Assembly: GCA_043228905.1 (NCBI GenBank)
Contig: JBHGNT010001100.1
Span: forward strand, 1-12,062
Reading direction: 5' to 3'
Length of the DNA stretch: 12,062 nt
Source: Azolla caroliniana
Lineage: Eukaryota; Plantae; Polypodiophyta
Positions within the stretch are counted from its first letter, which is position 1. Every line of letters starts with the position of its first letter. Under the pieces are notes generated by a model that was given only the letters and a program-made list of their open reading frames with translations, made no database searches and was not told the origin of the DNA. This document shows, one piece after another, positions 6,301 through 12,062 of the stretch. Both the position numbers and the translations under genes were made by a program.

Positions 6301-9270
6301 ATACTGTGCACATGTCATGTGATGTCAATTGAAACTTGATAATAAAGAGACATAAACTAGGTACTTGCTGGATTGAATTTGACAAGGATGATGGTTGTGC
6401 AATACTACGATGAGGCAAATGCAAGAATACTTTGTGTACATGTCGTGAGAAGTTTATTGCAAGGCACGGTAATGTGTGATGTCAATTAAAACTTGATAAT
6501 AAAGAGACATAAGCTAGGTACTTGCTGAATTGAATTTGTCGATGATGGTTGGTGTGCGATACTACAATGAGGAAAGTGCAAGAATACTTTGGGTTAATGA
6601 TGGTTTGGACAAAAGTGACATCAAGGCAAGCTTGTATTTAGCTAGAACTTTTCTTCACAAAGACAATCAACAAGATTTCAGATCATCCTACCTCTCCTCT
6701 CACCGTTAATCCTGTCCCTTCAGGATTCAGCGTACCCTTGGCTCCTTTTCCTCAATATATTTCTTTCTTTCTTTAGCTCTTTCTATTAGGGTGGTTCTGA
6801 TTTGATGCTCTTTTTCTATGTCACCATAACATTTCTCATTGTGAAGAGACTATAAGAGTATAGTACTGAGAAATTATTTGGCTGATATGCAACAAATTAT
6901 ATGCAATGTGTTTAATATGATGCATGAAAATCTTTAAGAAGTTTAGACGTCCAAATTCATCATTGATAACCATTTTCTGCCAATTGAGTGATGCTTATTC
7001 TCTTTTAAAGTAAATGTTGAATGAATGTTGTATCCTTAAGAAAAAACTTTTCTTAAAATGCATAATGTTACTAACATGTTCACAAAATGGTACAAGCAGT
7101 AAATCAAGCAAAGGAAAATATCCTTAGAACAGTACCTTTTGTAGTTAGCAGCTGTTTTTTATTGCTGCTGTCAGTGATAATATTCTTCACTGCTATCATG
7201 ACTTTACTAAGCTCAACAGTATGGATTTCTAAAGCCTGAACAATGTTGTTAAAATGATGATTTTCTGTCAAGGAGAAAATCTCTGTAAGACATGGCCATC
7301 AGTGATTAAGATACATGAAAACAAAATCATGAAATTGACCTTGACTGTGGACCTTCATTATTTCTTTGTTTGCTCTAGCCACTTCCACTGCCGCAGATGA
7401 TGCCAATTTCACAGCATTGATACTCTGCATCACACTAGCTTCTATAGGCATCTTACCCACAGAATCATATTTTAAAACTACCCCTCGTATCCATTTCTTT
7501 ATCCTCCGTAAAAATAATCTCTGTGCAACCACATTAAACATTTTAACAATTGGATGCAATTTTGAAATATTTTGGATATTCTCTTAAGACCCTATCACAT
7601 TTTATAGACCTTGAATAGAAGCCCTGTTCCTGTACATGCCACAAAAAAGATGCTCACTGTCCAAGCCAGTTGTGACCATAAAAAGCGTGAAGGATTGCGA
7701 GCAACAATCAAAGATGTTGAAGGAACATGTTGCACACTTGGCTTCCCTATCATTGACACCAAAAGAACATAAACGTAAAACATTAAGCGCCATAGTATGA
7801 CACAAAATTCTCATTTGTTTTCTGATTTTAAAATAAAACACATAACAAAGATAAGCTAAAGATTATGAAAATGCAGTTATCCATATGGTAAAGACATACA
7901 TAGATATCACTACTACCTTCGGTTGTTGAGGAAGCAGCAGGAAAAAGATCCTGCAAAATAAGTACAATTTAACAATTGGAAAGAAAGATCACATAGATCT
8001 GGACTAACTATGGTAAAACTATGTGCAACCCAAGATGCATTATGTATCATCTTAACTTATCAAAAAAATTATTTGCATTCCTTTAACCGGTTATAGGGAT
8101 ACAGATCTTTATTACTGCATAATCATGAATTTCCTAACAATAATGTAAAACAAAGAGATCATTACCAAGTCTATCTAAGTACAATTTTAAAGGTAAATCA
8201 TAGTGGATTTCCTGATTTTCATAGCTCCACCATGATACAACCAGAGAGATCATACTGACTTTGTACAAGCATGCCCATATCAAGGAATCACAAGATGGAT
8301 GCAATTTATCTTCGCAGCATCCATTTACCCAAAGAAAATACTTTTAGATAGTATTAATATTTTGGTATGGAGCCACAATCATGATCCAAAAACTCAATTA
8401 GTTTAGGTTATTCAATGAAACTAGCATCAGAATTTTGTTTGATGGAACTAAACTTTGACTTTTCTTCTGTCAAAAAGTATTTCCTCTCATTATATCACAA
8501 TTAACGCAAGGATTCCATGGTATATGCCACAGAAGATGTGTAGAGAATATGAATAGTTAAGCTGATAATAATATAAGAAGCTGCTTCAAAGTCCAATGAT
8601 ATTAAATTGGGAAAAGTACCAGGATACCCCTGGAAGTTCGTCTATTTACCAGAATGCCCCTGGAAGTTCCAAATTTACCAAACTACCCCTATGTCCAAAA
8701 AATTACACTTTATAAAGTAATTATACACTCAAATCTTGGTAAATAGGGCTAGTTCGGGTCAATTTCTTCCATCTTTGGTAAATAGGGCTTGTAGATTTGA
8801 GTGCATAATTACTTTATAAAGTGTAATTTTTTGGACATGGCAGTAGTTTGGTAAATTTGGAACTTCCAGGGGCATTCTGGTAAATAGACGAACTTCCAAG
8901 GGTATCCTAGTACTTTTTCCTATTAAATGCTATCTAATGTCATAAATCATTTCATCTCTTTTGTATCGTAGCTTGCCCAGAGAGCTCATGATATATGCCA
9001 AAGAACATGTGTAGAATATATGAATAGCTAAATTGATAGTAAAAGGTTGCTCCAAAGCCTTATCAAGATTTCGAAGAAATTTTGTTAAGATAATTTCAGT
9101 CAAGAGTTACTGCTTACCATAATCCGTCGAAACGACTCTTCCACTTCCTCATTAGATAAACCCTTTCCACGTAAAAATAAACGGCGTTGTTCTATGGAAG
9201 TTCCCTTAACGTTAGGATTGGATAGAAACTTTATGGCATTCTGTATAACATCTTCCCTCAATGTTTCCAT
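1..9270 (-). CDS. PEX14: Peroxisomal membrane protein PEX14-like, spliced, 3'-partial: join of exons 9270-9118, 7950-7917, 7746-7610, 7520-7340, 7264-7136, 5688-5639, 5151-5103, 5009-4942, 4356-4312, 4230-4162, 302-<1
   Basis: Manual translation of the minus strand. All 10 introns are GT..AG and phases match throughout (1217 nt, no stop). Product begins METLREDVIQNAIKFLSNPNVKGTSIEQRRLFLRGKGLSNEEVEESFRR (Pex14 N-terminal domain), followed by a hydrophobic segment SRFLWSQLAWTVSIFFVACTGTGLLFK, basic RLFLRRIKKWIR, an Ala-rich/coiled-coil region, and PHSASYLEVLAILERGEKPPGILEINDKPPNP...RPKPWE, as in plant PEX14. Confidence 0.92.
1081..1565 (+). mobile_element. Probable LTR-retrotransposon 5' fragment (LTR, PBS, leader/gag start)
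   Basis: TGAGAG (1081) ... CTCTCA (1330) inverted termini, 2-nt gap, then TGGTATCAAAG (1333-1343), close to the tRNA-iMet PBS TGGTATCAGAGC. A later ATGAGAACAGGTTCAAAA (MRTGSK) lies at 1439. An alternative LTR start is TGAGAG at 708. No second LTR or TSD seen. Confidence 0.5.
1565..1690 (-). mobile_element. LINE reverse-transcriptase fragment with degenerate YADD-type motif
   Basis: Reads VSHCITFWGSRACLASIVIQIFLFSDEIVLIFDTLVGQQ, corresponding to the LINE RT ..ILLYADDIVLIS.S..GLQ segment. Confidence 0.7.
1868..2225. mobile_element. Non-autonomous hAT-type MITE, 358 bp, nested in a LINE relic
   Basis: 8-bp TSD GTCATCAC (1860-1867 and 2226-2233). Termini CATTGCTGTAGAA / TTTAACAACTATG (9/13 inverted match). 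Very AT-rich with repeated AGAATAC/TTAAATAC motifs; the 18-mer GTAGAATACGTGTAAAAT occurs at 1998 and 2163. Confidence 0.8.
3233..3912 (-). mobile_element. Degenerate non-LTR retrotransposon (LINE copy A): ORF1 tail, endonuclease start, internal deletion, reverse transcriptase N-half
   Basis: With frameshifts it reads DAREEGKLAVYRDGKVVITEKRVA*, then IWNCNGSL...HAETHQ (APE motifs), then VPIFKNGDP..SNYRTI, QAGFWKG..LDH, KVFDTLP..MQRLEALGV..STIGV(K)QGCTLS (RT subdomains). Confidence 0.88.
3239..3252. repeat. (AG)7 microsatellite at the LINE A/LINE B junction
   Basis: Read directly from the sequence. Confidence 0.85.
4162..4230 (-). CDS. PEX14: PEX14 coding exon 10
   Basis: EINDKPPNPHRPPSMSRLQPRPK (conserved IND.PPNP). 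Acceptor ttaacag, donor AAG|GTATAC. Confidence 0.9.
4312..4356 (-). CDS. PEX14: PEX14 coding exon 9
   Basis: VLAILERGEKPPGIL (conserved RGEKP motif). AAG acceptor, donor CTG|GTAAAA. Confidence 0.88.
4942..5009 (-). CDS. PEX14: PEX14 coding exon 8
   Basis: (D)QVPEESQSKKPDHAPHSASYLE, matching the plant PEX14 PHxxSY motif. Acceptor ttaacag, donor GAG|GTGAAA. Confidence 0.85.
5103..5151 (-). CDS. PEX14: PEX14 coding exon 7 (linker)
   Basis: LLGKPTGATRSATRSR. Acceptor aactag, donor AG|GTGTGT, phase 0 to 1, followed by a 93-nt intron. Supported only by splice signals and phase. Confidence 0.62.
5639..5688 (-). CDS. PEX14: PEX14 coding exon 6 (linker)
   Basis: (V)QSNGNWKNSDLAPGQK. Acceptor tttcttgcag, donor AAG|GTGTAA, phase 1 to 0. 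Supported only by splice signals and phase. Confidence 0.65.
6180..6591. repeat. Three imperfect tandem copies of a ~110-157-bp unit in PEX14 coding intron 5
   Basis: GGTACTTGCTG at 6251, 6360 and 6517; GCAAGAATACT at 6295, 6421 and 6578; AAACTTGATAATAAAGAGACATAA is shared by copies 2 and 3. Confidence 0.9.
7136..7264 (-). CDS. PEX14: PEX14 coding exon 5 (coiled coil)
   Basis: (E)NHHFNNIVQALEIHTVELSKVMIAVKNII...TTK. Acceptor ttttctccttgacag, donor AG|GTACTG. Confidence 0.85.
7340..7520 (-). CDS. PEX14: PEX14 coding exon 4
   Basis: RLFLRRIKKWIRGVVLK...LASSAAVEVARANKEIMKVHSQ. Acceptor gcacag, donor AG|GTCAAT. Overlaps supplied ORF 7299..7559. Confidence 0.88.
7610..7746 (-). CDS. PEX14: PEX14 coding exon 3 (transmembrane segment)
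   Basis: KPSVQHV...SRFLWSQLAWTVSIFFVACTGTGLLFK. Acceptor gatag, donor AAG|GTCTAT. Overlaps supplied ORF 7595..7783. Confidence 0.85.
7917..7950 (-). CDS. PEX14: PEX14 coding exon 2 (DLFPAASSTTE/G)
   Basis: Acceptor ttttgcag, donor AG|GTAGTA, phase 0 to 1. This is the phase change needed to join exon 1 to exon 3. Confidence 0.8.
8478..9060. repeat. Old ~150-bp tandem duplication split by the foldback MITE
   Basis: CATGGTATATGCCACAGAAGATGTGTAGAGAATATGAATAGTTAAGCTGATA (from 8517) versus CATGATATATGCCAAAGAACATGTGTAGAATATATGAATAGCTAAATTGATA (from 8987). Spacing is ~150 bp once the MITE and one TSD are removed. Confidence 0.75.
8609..8920. mobile_element. Mutator-like foldback MITE, 312 bp, in PEX14 coding intron 1
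   Basis: About 128-bp near-perfect inverted arms (8609-8736 and 8793-8920) starting GGGAAAAGTAC. 9-bp flanks TATTAAATT / TATTAAATG (8/9 TSD). The arms contain ~30-bp internal repeats (CCCCTGGAAGTTC..TTTACCA), and the 56-bp spacer holds a duplicated TGGTAAATAGGGCT. Confidence 0.9.
9118..9270 (-). CDS. PEX14: PEX14 coding exon 1 (Pex14 N-terminal PEX5-binding domain)
   Basis: ATG at 9270, 51 codons METLREDVIQNAIKFL...KGLSNEEVEESFRRIM, donor GTAAGC. Likely acceptor ttttctgatag ahead of 9307. Confidence 0.93.
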
Positions 9271-9764
9271 CTTTCCAAGCCCCCTACTGCAATAATTCCA
9301 TATTCAGCTATCAGAAAAATGAAAATCAGATAACATAATCCATTATGCGTTCTCCAGGAATGCAATGTGACATTTTCTATGATCATCAGATTACCTTCTC
9401 ATAGTCTTTCTACCTTTTTTAAGAGCTCTTTTAGTGTTCATTCTCAGGGAAGAATAGTCAAAGATGACTCAGGTTCCTAGTGGACCTCTTTGTCATTCAT
9501 TTCTATTCACATGCATATTATATTTTCTTCATGTTATTGCCTAAAAGTACTCAACGATGGAACGTAGAAGCCATTTATAGAAATATTTTTAATAATTAAA
9601 GACTAACTAAAGGATTTTCTTGGTGTAATGTTTTCATAAAGCATTCTACCATGCTCCTTATCATTGTGATAAGTTATAGCACATAAGCAGACTATAATAT
9701 ATCAAAGAATATGAACAAGAATTACAATAACACAAAATTACAACATGGATAACCATATAGTTAC

Positions 9765-9874
9765 TTAGGGTTGGAGGTATTTAGACATCCGTCGATGCCA
9801 ATGTTCAGGACAAGTGTGCTGTCATTCTCCAAAATGAAGCTCAATTTTTTAAAACTTTCTGACTGGAAATCATT
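9765..9874 (-). other. Probable second 5'UTR exon (110 nt)
   Basis: Strong acceptor tttttttgtttctgttag and donor AA|GTAACT bracket a higher-GC segment inside AT-rich intron sequence. Confidence 0.5.
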
Positions 9875-10401
9875 CTAACAGAAACAAAAAAATCCAACTC
9901 AATCACATCCATTTTCTAACTAGCTTCCTACAAATTCTTATGGATTTTTTGTCATGATTTCATGTAAATGGAAAACTTAACACATTAAGTAAAGAAAAAA
10001 AGTTTCCAAACAATGAAATTCCAATGCTCAGTTTAAATGCCTTGTACATACAGCCTTTAGGTTGTGGCCAGTTCTGTGTGAGTGTCTTACACCTCAATAT
10101 CATAATCGAAAACAATAAAATTAATTTTGATAAAAAATAAGCTATTTCCATGACTAATTGCAAATATGCAATTTCAATTGATCCTACATGGATTAATGAT
10201 GGTCCTGGTTTTTTGTTTTGTTTTTTGGATTACATTGTGAGTGCCTTAGATGATTATTAGCTAGTTCAAATACTCAATCCTTGAAAACTAGTCATTTGGC
10301 AATACTGACAACTTATTTGTTTGCTTTTTTAGTATGATGGAAAGGCCTAGTTGAATTAGACCAGGTGTATACATCGTTCTATAGTAACAAAGAAAGTTGT
10401 G

Positions 10402-10420
10402 ATATATATATATATATATA
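10402..10420. repeat. (AT)9 microsatellite
   Basis: Read directly from the sequence. Confidence 0.9.
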
Positions 10421-10564
10421 ACTTAATAATTTCTGATATATTTTCGTAGCTCCTTGCGATTTAACCAGTGTGTGATTACCAAAACATCATGATGTAAAAA
10501 AGAGCTATTTTGCCCATGGGTTAAATATGAGGATGTTAGGAAGTAGAGGGTTTTCTGAACACAC

Positions 10565-10720
10565 CTGCGTGTGAGCAGAATCTGACGGTACTTCGATCAG
10601 AGCGCTGGTCTTTGCTCCCTCATCTCTTCTTGCTTCCTTCCTTCCTCCCCTGCGTCTTCTGTCTTCCTTCCTTTCTTTCTCCTTCTTTTTGACAAGTAAC
10701 TTTGTGAGGAAAGGCTTCAA
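10565..10720 (-). other. Probable first, non-coding 5'UTR exon of PEX14 (5' boundary approximate)
   Basis: GA-rich, locally GC-elevated tract on the minus strand ending at donor CAG|GTGTGT (10565/10564), directly downstream of site II motifs. The TSS cannot be determined from sequence. Confidence 0.6.
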
Positions 10721-10750
10721 AAACAAAACCGAGATTGGATGCTGGATGCT

Positions 10751-10766
10751 CACACACACACACACA
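10751..10766. repeat. (CA)8 microsatellite in the promoter/TSS region
   Basis: Read directly from the sequence. Confidence 0.9.
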
Positions 10767-10808
10767 ATTGGGCGGACAAAACACACAAATATGTATATGT
10801 ATGTACAA

Positions 10809-10860
10809 GGGCCCATCCCATCCATGTCTTTTAGTCTAGCCTTTCGAGAAGAATTGGGCC
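10809..10860. promoter_or_regulatory. Site II-like (TGGGCY) promoter motifs
   Basis: GGGCCCA at 10809-10815 and TGGGCC at 10855-10860, about 100-150 bp upstream of the putative first exon. This is a typical position in plant housekeeping promoters. Confidence 0.5.
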
Positions 10861-10890
10861 ATGCATTTTCTTCTACCATTATCTCTACCC

Positions 10891-11339
10891 TAACAATCGG
10901 CAACACTTTGGTCCGAACCGAACCGGCTGAACGGTTTTAACGGTTCGGTTTAGGTTCAATTTTATTTTAACAGTTCGGTTCGGTTTCAATAGTCAAAAAT
11001 CGCGGTTTAACGAGGTTTTTTTTTTTTAATTTAAAAAAAAAAACATTTTGTTTTTAAACAATATTCTCATTTTTAGACCTTATTCTCACATTTTAGGAAC
11101 ATCTTTAAAATTTTAAAATAATAAAATATTTTAAATTTTCAAAATTTAAAATTTGACCTAAGTTGAAAACCGAAACCAAACCATGAAACCGCGGTTTTAA
11201 CGGATTAATGGTTTCACGGTTTGAAATAAAATTAACGGTTTTAACGGTTTCGTGGTTCGTGGTTGGGTTCGATTCAGGTTTCAAAAAAAATTAACGGATA
11301 GGTTTTGACCCTCTCAAACCGAACCGTTGCTGATTGTTA
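10891..11339. mobile_element. Non-autonomous hAT-type DNA transposon (MITE), 449 bp
   Basis: Perfect 8-bp TSD CTCTACCC (10883-10890 and 11340-11347). 14-bp TIRs TAACAATCGGCAAC / GTTGCTGATTGTTA (13/14 match). Dense subterminal AACCG/CGGTT repeats, AT-rich core, no ORF. Confidence 0.92.
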
Positions 11340-11347
11340 CTCTACCC

Positions 11348-12062
11348 CAACAGATCACACAATGTCATCGACCTCCAATATCTATGTCTCTCTCTTCACA
11401 CTTCATCGATATGTTCTAATTCCATGTCTACTATAAAATTCAGAAGCATTGCACATATCCCAATTCTACCACATTCCGCAATATCTCAAAAATCAATAAA
11501 CGATCACCATTCTGATTTCAAGTCGACACGTATGAATTGTGTAAACAACCACTATCCTGGAGTCTATTAACAACGTGAGAAAACTTGCAAAATCTAAGAA
11601 ATATAACCCCAAATCGAACGAGCTATCAAACATGGTGAAACTATGATACAATCTCTCCACATTTAACTGTGCAAAAAAGCAATTTCATGTTGCTAGTCCA
11701 TGCCTCTTTAGAGTTAATCCCAAAGCCAAACCCCCAATCAATACTCTCCAAATGAAGACCTTTGTTAGAAATGGAAATTTAGAATGCCAACTACGTTTCA
11801 AGATCTGCCACCACTCATAGTTAGAGTTACATGTGTTGCATTCTTGTTACCTATGGTCACTCTTTGGTTTGTATAGGTAATGAACCTTGCATCAATGTTA
11901 TATTTTGTAGTTGTCAAATAAACCCATGATTGGGAATGCATAAATATCATCGTGCTTCAATGATCTCCAAAATTCGTTAAGATTGGGCCTTGACTACATC
12001 TCCCACCTCTTTAACCCCCCCAAACAAAACAATCAATTGCATTGAGAATGCAATCTCTTCTT
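11348..12062 (-). mobile_element. Degenerate L1-type LINE 3' region (zf-RVT zinc-binding domain)
   Basis: About 11816-11600 reads EWWQILKRSWHSKFPFLTKVFIWRVLIGGLALGLTLKRHGLAT*NCFF....H.F..CLIARSIW with stops and frameshifts, followed by an LRYCGMW*NWDMCN segment. Confidence 0.75.

Noticed and set aside
5771-6424. Short ORFs 5771..5965, 5897..6121, 6124..6339 and 6230..6424
   Set aside because: All are intronic, under 75 aa, partly within the tandem repeat, and have no recognisable motif.
6180-6591. Tandem units as a CRISPR array or intronic snoRNA cluster
   Set aside because: The context is a eukaryotic intron, the whole unit is repeated with no unique spacers, and I saw no paired C/D boxes on the sense strand.
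6736-6849. Purine-rich open stretch on the minus strand (SLHNEKCYGDIEKEHQIRTTLIERAKERKKYIEEKEPR) as an extra PEX14 exon
   Set aside because: No acceptor/donor pair gives the phase 1-to-1 needed between exons 5 and 6, and inclusion would shift the conserved downstream frame. It may be a repeat remnant.
10505-10906. 133-aa minus-strand ORF and overlapping ORFs 10620..10808 and 10689..10940
   Set aside because: They run through the MITE end, promoter, (CA)n and GA-rich leader. The K/R/E and C/V runs are translations of low-complexity DNA, and no domain is recognisable.

Overview
AT-rich eukaryotic DNA from a land plant; the LINE families look fern-like, which is my inference. The window holds most of one intron-rich minus-strand gene for a PEX14-family peroxisomal membrane docking peroxin. 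I could assemble 11 phase-compatible coding exons from ATG 9270 to beyond the left edge (at least 405 codons, stop not in window): Pex14 N-terminal domain, transmembrane segment, coiled coil, and the SYLE..RGEKPPG..PPNP..KPWE module. Probable non-coding 5' exons lie near 10565-10720 and 9765-9874, with a site II-containing promoter region. None of the supplied ORFs is the real gene. Introns and the upstream flank carry many transposon relics: two hAT-type MITEs with 8-bp TSDs, a near-perfect 312-bp Mutator-like foldback MITE, two interleaved and internally deleted LINE copies, a probable LTR+PBS fragment, an L1 3' (zf-RVT) remnant, and local tandem duplications. I found no convincing wholly new system. 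The most notable points are the PEX39-like KPWE module split by a 3.9-kb TE-filled intron, the scrambled LINE-in-LINE structure, and a uORF-rich leader with a possible alternative in-frame N-terminal extension.
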